DNA from: a virus
DNA length: 64,000 nucleotides
Strand: one strand, 5' to 3'
Virus record (IMG/VR): IMGVR_UViG_3300032286_001377
Location: 1 to 64,000 of that record
The notes under the pieces are model-generated. The model was not told the DNA's origin. It did no database searches and saw only the letters and a list, made by a program, of their open reading frames with translations. Position numbers and translations under genes: made by a program. Below, piece after piece: positions 27,951 to 36,161 of the stretch; the stretch's first letter is position 1, and each line of letters begins with the position of its first letter.

Positions 27951-27971
27951 TATATACCAATAGTACTAATT

Positions 27972-28163
27972 TCAGCCAATAAGCTGTTCACGAGCCTGCG
28001 AAGCAGAAATGCGCTCTACTTCTACATCCTTGAAAACGACTTCTCCAGGCACATTTGCATTACGACGATTACTCATAGCAATCTTCTCAGCATCAGCCTT
28101 ATTGTTAGCCTTTACAATGGTGGTGCTGGTTACTGCAAAATACTTGAACTTGTTGTCTGACAT
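27972..28163 (-). CDS. Small hypothetical protein
   Basis: VKANNKADAEKIA motif; RBS GAGAGG. Confidence 0.65.
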   Translation of the reverse strand: MSDNKFKYFAVTSTTIVKANNKADAEKIAMSNRRNANVPGEVVFKDVEVERISASQAREQLIG

Positions 28164-28178
28164 TTTTGACCTCTCTTG

Positions 28179-28583
28179 TCAATTTGATGGATAATTTGTC
28201 GATAGATATTCTATAGCATCTTGCATAGAGGATGCAAGTTTAGTTGCCATATATTGTAGATAAACTCTGGTTTTATTTTTGTCACAGCAAAAAACAACAG
28301 CTGGTTGCCCATTCATCTTTGCCCAAGCTAATTCAAAATCAGTTCCAACATATGCCCTATCAGGAAGCATATATTCGACTAAAAGTAAATCAGCTCTTCT
28401 TTGTAAGAAAAGATTTTTTTCAACTATCTCTTCAGGAGTTTCATAACCTGTATCAACAATAGTTGTAGGATCTAATACATCATATCCAGCTAAGTGTAAA
28501 CTATGGGTTGCTACTTTACGCCAAGCTATTCCGTATTCCTCTACACCTTCAATGGCTCCAGATAAAAAAACTTTAAGAGACAT
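28179..28583 (-). CDS. Nucleoside 2-deoxyribosyltransferase / dNMP N-glycosidase-like
   Basis: KVFLSGAI, WR, VLDP, ADLLLV, GTDFELAWA (catalytic Glu position). Confidence 0.75.
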   Translation of the reverse strand: MSLKVFLSGAIEGVEEYGIAWRKVATHSLHLAGYDVLDPTTIVDTGYETPEEIVEKNLFLQRRADLLLVEYMLPDRAYVGTDFELAWAKMNGQPAVVFCCDKNKTRVYLQYMATKLASSMQDAIEYLSTNYPSN

Positions 28584-28587
28584 CTTC

Positions 28588-28950
28588 TTATCTTTTCTCT
28601 CCAAAATATGGTTTAGCCATATTAGATTCAATCATGTCCATATTAAGACAATCTAAACCTTTAAGATCATATACTTCAGCTAATACTCTGCCATACTTTT
28701 CTGTTTTATCTTTAAAAGTTTTAATTTTAATCTCATAACCTCGCTTATCAAACCAGGATTTAACATACTCTTTAGCTTCAAGCCCAAGTTTCTTTTCTTC
28801 TAAGTTAGAAGTCCTAGACTCAGCAGCATTGATTCCATTTAGTCTGACTCGCATACAATGCCATACATCAAAACCTAAATCGACATCAATATCTAGAGTG
28901 TCACCATCAATAACTTTTACTACTTTAGCCTTATACCAATAAAGTTCCAT
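28588..28950 (-). CDS. Thermonuclease (SNase-like)
   Basis: KVIDGDT, RVRLNGINAAE, KYGRVLA. Confidence 0.85.
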   Translation of the reverse strand: MELYWYKAKVVKVIDGDTLDIDVDLGFDVWHCMRVRLNGINAAESRTSNLEEKKLGLEAKEYVKSWFDKRGYEIKIKTFKDKTEKYGRVLAEVYDLKGLDCLNMDMIESNMAKPYFGEKR

Positions 28951-28953
28951 TAT

Positions 28954-29757
28954 TTAATCTCTTTCAATCCCCATGTAATCGCATGCTTTTCTAAAAATCT
29001 CTCTACTTATAGGAAAGTATGAATCGGCTTCACTAAAACCTTCTCCAGGCTTTGGGGACGAAGCGTGCCAGCTATGGCCAATAGACACAGAGCCATCATA
29101 TACAATATTATACCCCAAATGACGAGCAAAATATGAACACCAAGTCTCTTCGTAATAATGGGGAGTTGGCAGAAATGCTCCTGTAGCATCTGGATAAAGC
29201 TCTCTATACTTTTCGTTATTCATAAGAGCATTCCAGACATCTCTTCTAATAAAGTAGGCTGATCCAGATACAGTAACACAATCTACTCTATCTCTATACA
29301 TTACATCTGATGGATCATATTCTCTCCACCCTCTATGTCTTGGCTCAAGATTAGTTCCTATAATTCCAGCGTGAGTAATAAAACCGTTTTCATCACGTTG
29401 CTTTGGCCCTAGAATATGAATATCTGGATTCTCTTCAAAAATCCTATTTATCTTAAAAAGATCTGAACTTGTCATCCATACATCTGCATTGAGTAATGCA
29501 ATTACATCGCCATTAGAATGTGCTGCAAGCTGATTGCATGCCGCTGAATATCCAATATTTTCATTTTTAAACGCCGCAGCTATCTGGTATTTGAAACCCT
29601 CATCCTGCAACCACTCTAAAGTATCGTCAGTAGAACCATTGTCAGAAATATAAAGATTCCAAGACTTAGGAACTTGATGAATATCACTATGAAGTGTATC
29701 TAAAAATCTAGACAGTAATGGTCTAGTATTGTAGTTGATTATACATAAATCTATCAT
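28954..29757 (-). CDS. Glycosyltransferase family 2
   Basis: IINYN, DNGSTDDT, NIGYSAACN, LLNAD, VSGS, YYEET. Confidence 0.85.
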   Translation of the reverse strand: MIDLCIINYNTRPLLSRFLDTLHSDIHQVPKSWNLYISDNGSTDDTLEWLQDEGFKYQIAAAFKNENIGYSAACNQLAAHSNGDVIALLNADVWMTSSDLFKINRIFEENPDIHILGPKQRDENGFITHAGIIGTNLEPRHRGWREYDPSDVMYRDRVDCVTVSGSAYFIRRDVWNALMNNEKYRELYPDATGAFLPTPHYYEETWCSYFARHLGYNIVYDGSVSIGHSWHASSPKPGEGFSEADSYFPISREIFRKACDYMGIERD

Positions 29758-30014
29758 TTATTAACCTTTGAAATAAGTAAATTAAATGCTTCATCGGCAT
29801 CTAATCCATGATCAACGAGCATAATAAACTTTCTATTAACCTCTAATAAACTATCAGTATCAAAGAACTCAATAAATCTATTAAGGTATTGATCTAAGTT
29901 TTGATTATACTCAAATTTTTCTAACATCTTAATATAATGCTTTCTTAATAGGAGAAAACATACGAAAGCAGATCCTGCTATAACAAACTTACCAGTCTTC
30001 ATACTCGTCATCAC
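29754..30014 (-). CDS. Hypothetical protein with N-terminal hydrophobic segment
   Basis: Coupled ORF. Confidence 0.55.
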   Translation of the reverse strand: MMTSMKTGKFVIAGSAFVCFLLLRKHYIKMLEKFEYNQNLDQYLNRFIEFFDTDSLLEVNRKFIMLVDHGLDADEAFNLLISKVNK

Positions 30015-30222
30015 TAAGGAAGTTATTCTCTTCGGACTGATATCTGATAGAATCAGCTATATCTCTAAATGCTTGTGCGTCAGATTCATTATCTTGCTCT
30101 GTTGACAAAAAATCATACGTAGCTGCTATGTGCATAAAAATATCATAGCTCATAGCTACTGCTGTCTCACCTGGAACAAGCTTGATATTAAGCTTTTTTC
30201 TATTCAATTGTTTCTTGCTCAT
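29989..30222 (-). CDS. Hypothetical protein
   Basis: Coupled ORF with an acidic C-terminus. Confidence 0.6.
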   Translation of the reverse strand: MSKKQLNRKKLNIKLVPGETAVAMSYDIFMHIAATYDFLSTEQDNESDAQAFRDIADSIRYQSEENNFLSDDEYEDW

Positions 30223-30418
30223 TGTTTTCTTTCTCTTCTATCTTATGTAAACAAATATTATCATTTTCTGGTTCAAATGTTATAAAGAAGATATTTTTAT
30301 CTTCAGCGGTAAGACCCTCAGGAGGTGGGCTATCAACTGCTATCTTCTTAGTTGAGGAACCATATATCTGACTGTGATTTTTATATACCACAATATAATT
30401 AAGCTTTGAGGCTGGCAC
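30200..30418 (-). CDS. Hypothetical protein
   Basis: Coupled ORF, GTG start. Confidence 0.55.
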   Translation of the reverse strand: MPASKLNYIVVYKNHSQIYGSSTKKIAVDSPPPEGLTAEDKNIFFITFEPENDNICLHKIEEKENNEQETIE

Positions 30419-30875
30419 TTGATACCTTATACGTTCTTATATTAGATGCGGATAAAAAGCTTTCAACTTCATTCCAATTAGAATATGCTGAGTCTTCAAT
30501 GTAATAAACATGCTTAACAGTTGAATTAGCTATTAGTTTAGCACATGAGAAACATGGTGGTCCATTAACATATAACTTTGTAGGACGAGCAGAGTAATCG
30601 GAATGCAACAAGGCATTGGCTTCTGCGTGGATTGCAATACAGTTATCATAGTTACTGCCATTTGGAGAGCCCTGAATAGCCCTAGGACAGCCTCCATCAT
30701 TACAATGGACAGAACCTCTAGGTCCACCATTATAACCAAAACCAACAACATGCCCTAAATCATCTATTAAGATAGAGCCATATTGGCGCTTGGAACACGT
30801 AGCAAAAATTTCAGATATACTTAAACATAGTTTCATATATTGAACATCTTTTGATGTTATTGTATAGATATTCAT
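30399..30875 (-). CDS. dCMP deaminase
   Basis: GYNG.P.G..HC, IHAEANAL, PCFSCAKLI. Confidence 0.9.
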   Translation of the reverse strand: MNIYTITSKDVQYMKLCLSISEIFATCSKRQYGSILIDDLGHVVGFGYNGGPRGSVHCNDGGCPRAIQGSPNGSNYDNCIAIHAEANALLHSDYSARPTKLYVNGPPCFSCAKLIANSTVKHVYYIEDSAYSNWNEVESFLSASNIRTYKVSSASLKA

Positions 30876-31030
30876 AGCACTATTAAACCAGCTATTGCCG
30901 ATGAAAGAATAGCAACTAGGACTGATATATATCTAATAGATTTAGTTTTATTATTAATATTTAAAACATGCATAGCGCATGTCCAATTAATTAATATTAC
31001 AAATATAAAAATCTTTAATGCATTGTCCAT
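30872..31030 (-). CDS. Small two-TM membrane protein (52 aa)
   Basis: Not in the track: MDNALKIFIFVILINWTCAMHVLN...ISVLVAILSSAIAGLIVL; ATGA overlap with the dCMP deaminase start. Confidence 0.6.
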   Translation of the reverse strand: MDNALKIFIFVILINWTCAMHVLNINNKTKSIRYISVLVAILSSAIAGLIVL

Positions 31031-31031
31031 A

Positions 31032-31712
31032 TCAACCTACTAAAAGTTCCATTGAAATAGGGAATTTATCTTTAACTAGTTCTTTTACTGCTTTAGCATA
31101 TTCTTGAATTTCAACTTGAGAATCTTCAGCGAGTCTCTGATTCAAGAACAGCATTACAGACTGAAGACTAGCTGACCATCTATAATTCACATACATCCCA
31201 TATGCCGGAAGAAATAGTCTCGCCTGCTCTGCAGCAACGCCGTCAGCCATAGCTTGCTCGTATAATGTTACTCCTTCAGAATAATAGCGAATAAGATCTT
31301 CACTTAAACTAAACTGAAGTGAATCACTTACTGGAGCACCAGATCCCTGCTTTTTATGTTCAGGAGCAGAACGCCAAATATCAGGAGTATAGAACTCTGG
31401 ATCCTGAGTTACATAACGACGACTTGACTCATTCCAGCCATCCATTGCGTGGTCACTACCTACAATATACTTCCAATGCTGACGAGCAACCATAAGTGGA
31501 GCTTTGAATTCAAAACTCATAAACGCATGACGAAATGGTGACATGTGATTTTCTCTAACCAAAAACTTGATAAGTCTCTCATCTGCTTCAGTGAGTTCAT
31601 CTGACTCCTTAGCAAAGGATGCTCTTGCGGCATTAACTACACTTAAATCAGACCCCATCACATCTACTAGTCGAACATATCCATTATCTAATACTTCAAT
31701 CATTTCACTCAT
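31032..31712 (-). CDS. thyX: FAD-dependent thymidylate synthase
   Basis: VVNAARAS, HMSPF, ARQHWKY, WNESSRRY, EQARLFLP, QVEIQEYA. Confidence 0.92.
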   Translation of the reverse strand: MSEMIEVLDNGYVRLVDVMGSDLSVVNAARASFAKESDELTEADERLIKFLVRENHMSPFRHAFMSFEFKAPLMVARQHWKYIVGSDHAMDGWNESSRRYVTQDPEFYTPDIWRSAPEHKKQGSGAPVSDSLQFSLSEDLIRYYSEGVTLYEQAMADGVAAEQARLFLPAYGMYVNYRWSASLQSVMLFLNQRLAEDSQVEIQEYAKAVKELVKDKFPISMELLVG

Positions 31713-32055
31713 CTTCTTCTCCTTCAAGATCATCTTCATCATCATCAAATCCTTCAACATAGTATTCTACCATGCATTCGTTGAAGTCTTCTGAAATCTT
31801 ATAAATTGACGTAAGAAGATTATGATAGATTGAGTCATTTTCAAAAATGAAATCTTCTCCCATGAGTTGACCCATCATTATTTCTGATATATTAGAAATA
31901 ACATCTGTCAAAGACTGCTGGATAAGCAGAAGTTCTTTAGCATTTATACGAACTTTAGCTTCAAAATTTTCACTAATATCTTTTAACTCTTCGGAGCTAA
32001 CCATTTCAGTAAAAATCTTTTCAAAGTCTTTATTTTCATTATTTTCGTTTGACAT
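31705..32055 (-). CDS. Acidic hypothetical protein
   Basis: D/E-rich; between nrdJ and thyX. Confidence 0.6.
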   Translation of the reverse strand: MSNENNENKDFEKIFTEMVSSEELKDISENFEAKVRINAKELLLIQQSLTDVISNISEIMMGQLMGEDFIFENDSIYHNLLTSIYKISEDFNECMVEYYVEGFDDDEDDLEGEEDE

Positions 32056-32061
32056 TTTTTC

Positions 32062-34176
32062 CTATTGTTTAGCGTTTTCTTTCACAAACTTTATTTCGCA
32101 ACTATCTGTTGTACAGTAGTTTTCGCCAATTGCATCGGCTGCCAACCCAGCATACACTCCAGTAAGATCAATTGGAAGTATATTTAGAGAAATTTGATTA
32201 TATTCTTCTTCTGAGATCTGAGTATACGGCATTTGGGGATATGTAAAGTTTCCCTGAGGTAAGAATGATACAGTCTTGAGTTGTCCATCATACATATGAA
32301 GAACAGTTCCGACATGATCTTTTTCTGTTTCTGAATCAAACGAAATTGTTACAGACACCGAATTATCTGACCAGTATCTTTGTGCTGCAGCGGCTAAAGC
32401 CATTTTCTCAAAGATTGTCACATCTTTCTCTGATCTAAGTGCATCAGATTTTATCGGAAAGAACACAACAGATGTTGTAGCAGGAGACTCTGATGCGGGC
32501 TCCACTCTATAATTTGCCATTCTAAAGAGCGGTAACATTGGATCATCATTAGAGAATCTAATTGCTCTCATGAAGTATTGGCCACCAGGAGTCCAGTGAA
32601 CACCAGGAGATTCTCCTGCAAGGATAGAAACGGTACCAGAAGGCTTTACCGTAGTTGTTTTAATTGACTCACGAATACCAAGCCATTCGGAATAGATATT
32701 ATCATATCTTTGAACAGTTAAATAACCTTGATCTAGCCACTCTCTTAAAGTTGGCATGCCGACTCGATCTGCAAAGTTTGCGACACCAGAAACTGAAGTT
32801 CCAATTCTTCTATTTCTTTGCATAATTGCATTTGTCTCCTCCCAGTGAGTAGGAAGAAGTGTCACAGTCTTAGCATATAAATAGGCAAACTTTAAAGTTC
32901 TCTTAAAGTCATCTAAAGAATCATGTCTATTAAGATAAGTCTCCACTAGTGTGCAGCATTCGTAAGATTCTAGAGACTGCTCTGCGCAAGGATTATATCC
33001 AGCTACACGCCAATCTTTATTGTTTGGAGCATCAGCCAATCTTCCATACTTACGCGACATGTCCATCCAGATAACACCTGGTTCACCATTTCTAGCAATA
33101 CCATCAACTATCTCAGAAAGATCTGAACCAACAGAAACCTCTACTGAGTTATTTGACATCCAGCCCCAACCAGGAGAATTTGGATCGTATGAATTTCTCT
33201 CAGGAAAACGGTCAGCATTCTTAAGATTCAGGAAATTATCATCGTCCAATCTTCCAATAAGTAACTCTGCAGATCTGCGCACATTACCAGATACAACACA
33301 TACTCCAATCGTATTGCCAATATCTGCAATATCTACTCTAGTGAGCTTTTCTCCCGCTCTCCCATCAAACATCTTTCTAATATGATCATGAAGTTTAATC
33401 AGAGGATCTGCACCAGCGGCTGTGCCTCCAAAAGTTTTAATCGGAGTTCCAGCTGGACGAATTTCAGAATAGTCAAAAACAACTGGATTTTGATCAGGCT
33501 TCAAATATGAATTTATTAACTGAACAGTTGAGTTAACCCAGCCCTCACGAGAATCTTCTATATTCTCAACAATTGTGGGCCTACTTGATTCGTAGATGAC
33601 AAAATCTTTATCAGCACCTTTGTCATCAAACCCAACGCCAACACCCAACATCGATGCTTCCATAAGGAAACCAAATGGCTTAGCTGGATTATTTTTTGTC
33701 ATTTCAGCTGTACTTACAAAAGCACAATTCTGAAGTGCTGCAGAGTTCTTCTGAACCATAACAATTGGAGTTCCCATTACCCACAGTCCACGGCCAGGAG
33801 GAGTCCACTTAAGATTAAATAGACGATCAAAAGCCTCTCTTGCTGATGACTGAGCCTTGATATCATTCCAAGGTAATCTACTCTTTTTGCAATGCTCTTT
33901 TTGCAGAGAGTACATTCCGTTAATCACTCTCTCACAAACATCGACCCAAGTTTCTTTTGTGCCATCATCTTTTAATCTAGAATAGGTACGCAAAAATGTT
34001 ATTTCACCTACAGAGTTACCAGCTGCGTCAGCATAACCGAAGGGGCTTTTTTTGGTTCTATAAGAATCAACAAAGTCTTCATTCAATTTGAATACTGTTG
34101 CAGATGTTATCTTAAAATAGTTTGTACTCACTTTATCTGCAGAAATTGAAATACTACCGACATTGTTGTCATCCAT
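32062..34176 (-). CDS. nrdJ: Class II (B12-dependent) ribonucleoside-triphosphate reductase, monomeric type
   Basis: RTYSR, PPGRGLW, LQNC, GVGVGF, GNVRRSA, YNPCAEQSL, TVKPSGT, C-terminal CTTDSC. Confidence 0.93.
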   Translation of the reverse strand: MDDNNVGSISISADKVSTNYFKITSATVFKLNEDFVDSYRTKKSPFGYADAAGNSVGEITFLRTYSRLKDDGTKETWVDVCERVINGMYSLQKEHCKKSRLPWNDIKAQSSAREAFDRLFNLKWTPPGRGLWVMGTPIVMVQKNSAALQNCAFVSTAEMTKNNPAKPFGFLMEASMLGVGVGFDDKGADKDFVIYESSRPTIVENIEDSREGWVNSTVQLINSYLKPDQNPVVFDYSEIRPAGTPIKTFGGTAAGADPLIKLHDHIRKMFDGRAGEKLTRVDIADIGNTIGVCVVSGNVRRSAELLIGRLDDDNFLNLKNADRFPERNSYDPNSPGWGWMSNNSVEVSVGSDLSEIVDGIARNGEPGVIWMDMSRKYGRLADAPNNKDWRVAGYNPCAEQSLESYECCTLVETYLNRHDSLDDFKRTLKFAYLYAKTVTLLPTHWEETNAIMQRNRRIGTSVSGVANFADRVGMPTLREWLDQGYLTVQRYDNIYSEWLGIRESIKTTTVKPSGTVSILAGESPGVHWTPGGQYFMRAIRFSNDDPMLPLFRMANYRVEPASESPATTSVVFFPIKSDALRSEKDVTIFEKMALAAAAQRYWSDNSVSVTISFDSETEKDHVGTVLHMYDGQLKTVSFLPQGNFTYPQMPYTQISEEEYNQISLNILPIDLTGVYAGLAADAIGENYCTTDSCEIKFVKENAKQ

Positions 34177-34870
34177 TACTAGCTCCTAGTTTTCTAATAT
34201 ACTTTTGATTTGTTTTATTTAGTTCCGCTGTTTTAATTTTAACTATTTGATCCATCGAATAAACTTTATGAACCTGCTTCTCAAAGAAGTATCCACTTCT
34301 CCAATTCAATACCTTATCTATATTTAATTTATGATTGATAAACATATTACAGATAACCGCACCACCGTACGCTCTAACAAGGTTTATCAATTTTTTCTCA
34401 AGTGATTCATCTATTCCATCAATCTGACTGCTGTTAGCTTTATCGTGAAGCCAGTTATATGCTTGACGAGTTATCGGTGAAACATCAATAGGATCAATAA
34501 CTCCAATGCTGAGTATGTTATTCCGACTTTCTGAAATAATTATATCTTCTTTAATTACCGTTAACAACATGTCGAACCAATCGTTTTCATGAAACTCTTT
34601 CCAACCAGTACACCAAAATAAAAGATTGCTTACTGGATCTGGTATCGAAGTTTTTTTCACTAACGGAAGGAGCACTGCACAAGAGATTGCTCTCTTGACA
34701 TGCTCTACTGCCAGGTTCTTATCTTTAAACTTGTTCATTGCATTGGAGAACAAGTCATCAATATGTTTAGCCCAATTACTTTCTCCAACATATAGATCTA
34801 AATATTTCTTAGAAACAGTTCCAGGAAGAGATCCTGATGTAACTGCAGTTTTCATATCTTCGGCTAACAC
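34169..34870 (-). CDS. Hypothetical protein
   Basis: 233-aa ORF, first gene of the nucleotide operon; RBS AAGGA. Confidence 0.65.
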   Translation of the reverse strand: MLAEDMKTAVTSGSLPGTVSKKYLDLYVGESNWAKHIDDLFSNAMNKFKDKNLAVEHVKRAISCAVLLPLVKKTSIPDPVSNLLFWCTGWKEFHENDWFDMLLTVIKEDIIISESRNNILSIGVIDPIDVSPITRQAYNWLHDKANSSQIDGIDESLEKKLINLVRAYGGAVICNMFINHKLNIDKVLNWRSGYFFEKQVHKVYSMDQIVKIKTAELNKTNQKYIRKLGASNG

Positions 34871-34933
34871 ACTTAATCCTTTAAAATGATTTATAAATCT
34901 GATAAAAGGTATATACTTACCCCTAGAATAGAT

Positions 34934-34970
34934 AAACCCCGCCCTAAGGCGGGGCCATCTACTGCTGGCC
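34934..34970 (-). terminator. Terminator-like hairpin overlapped by a second hairpin
   Basis: GGCCA-8nt-TGGCC overlaps CCCCGCC-TTAG-GGCGGGG-TTTAT. Confidence 0.6.
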
Positions 34971-34979
34971 TATACGTGT

Positions 34980-35008
34980 ATTATACCACGTACTGGTCAA
35001 GCTGTCAG
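34980..35008 (-). promoter_or_regulatory. Sigma70-type promoter with extended -10
   Basis: CTGACA-N17-TATAAT, with TGG preceding the -10. Confidence 0.7.
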
Positions 35009-35016
35009 ATTATTAT

Positions 35017-35217
35017 TCAACTCTTTAAAAAGGCAGCACTTTCTGGATCTCCAACCTTGGAAGCGGCGATTCCTTTAATCGCAGCGATAACCGCTGCGGC
35101 TGCGGCAACACCTGCAGACTTTAAAGATGACACATCAGTAATAACAAAAACGGCAAGGAAAGCCTGTACAGCTGTCCAAAAAGTTCTTTCAATTATATCT
35201 TTAGTCAATTTACTCAT
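35017..35217 (-). CDS. Holin, r1t-like
   Basis: IERTFWTAVQAFLAV...AAAVIAAIKGIAA..VGDP.SA. Confidence 0.75.
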   Translation of the reverse strand: MSKLTKDIIERTFWTAVQAFLAVFVITDVSSLKSAGVAAAAAVIAAIKGIAASKVGDPESAAFLKS

Positions 35218-35229
35218 ATATTTTTCCTT

Positions 35230-35517
35230 TTAGTTTTGAAATAATTTTCTAAGCGACTTCTCTATAAGAAGATGAAAGGTTAAACCTAACCACACTCCGA
35301 CTGTAATACTTCCAATAATAGGTTTTTCTGTTGTTCTCCAAAAGAATTTTGTTAATGTTTCAATTCTTTTGGTTTTTATAGCATACGCATCGTATGCCAC
35401 TACCCCTACAACAATCGCCAACCAACCTAAAAATCCACTCAAAGATGTTTTCTCAAGGATGAGCGGTTCATCAATTAGGTCAGAGAGCGCGCGCCGAAGG
35501 GAGACCTCTGTACTCAT
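35230..35517 (-). CDS. Membrane protein with two TM segments
   Basis: GWLAIVVGVVAYD...ETLT...VWLGLTFHLL; next to the holin. Confidence 0.6.
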   Translation of the reverse strand: MSTEVSLRRALSDLIDEPLILEKTSLSGFLGWLAIVVGVVAYDAYAIKTKRIETLTKFFWRTTEKPIIGSITVGVWLGLTFHLLIEKSLRKLFQN

Positions 35518-36103
35518 TTACTTTATTTTTTCCATAAGCGTTATTGTATCCAACAGGTAGGCCCTGTCCGTATCCACTAGTAAATACTGTAGTGCTTGTT
35601 ACACCATGGAATTCTTCGGGAATAAAATATCCAAATGAGCTAGCAACACCAGCTGAACCATATGCTCTAACTCCATGGCCAACATTAGTCATAACATCAG
35701 CAGATGGGACACCATCAAACTTAAAGTTACTGTATAGCGAATAACGACTTACAGCATTTGCGTCATGACCATATCCACTGGTGAAAGCTGCAGCTCCAGC
35801 AAGTCCTTTGTATTCAAGGGGGCGATATCTTGAACCGGTATACTTAGAGCCATTTTGGAATGTCCCAGAAAGAGGGTGAACATAAAGAACTGTACCGTTA
35901 AAGATTTGCGAAAGCAGTCTGTTACCAGGATACTTTCCAGTACCTGGGATGTAGTTATTGTCAGGCGCACCATCTAATACGTGAGATGTGCTCCAGTTCT
36001 CCCAAAAAGAATACTTACCAACAGTCCCCTTATAGGGGTGAACCATTCCGGCGGTAGTCCGTCCCTTCAGAACTGGTCTAGGCCCTACATAAAAAGTTGC
36101 CAT
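35480..36103 (-). CDS. Gly/Tyr-rich putative virion protein
   Basis: Internal repeats (EYKGL/EYRGL, FTSGYG twice); RBS AAGGAG; TTACTATA upstream. Confidence 0.55.
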   Translation of the reverse strand: MATFYVGPRPVLKGRTTAGMVHPYKGTVGKYSFWENWSTSHVLDGAPDNNYIPGTGKYPGNRLLSQIFNGTVLYVHPLSGTFQNGSKYTGSRYRPLEYKGLAGAAAFTSGYGHDANAVSRYSLYSNFKFDGVPSADVMTNVGHGVRAYGSAGVASSFGYFIPEEFHGVTSTTVFTSGYGQGLPVGYNNAYGKNKVNEYRGLPSARAL

Positions 36104-36133
36104 CTTATTTCTCCTTATTAGAAATCATATGAA

Positions 36134-36141
36134 TATAGTAA
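36134..36141 (-). promoter_or_regulatory. TTACTATA motif, putative phage late promoter
   Basis: Intergenic, about 30 bp upstream of the ATG at 36103. Confidence 0.6.
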
Positions 36142-36161
36142 TTTTAATTTATGGTTTTAAC

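Noticed and set aside
18141-34176. Inteins or introns in dnaE, dnaB, nrdJ or thyX
   Set aside because: Lengths are normal and the motifs are contiguous, with no intein splice signatures.
34880-35010. Cobalamin riboswitch upstream of the B12-dependent nrdJ operon
   Set aside because: The leader is too short and no B12-box is recognisable.
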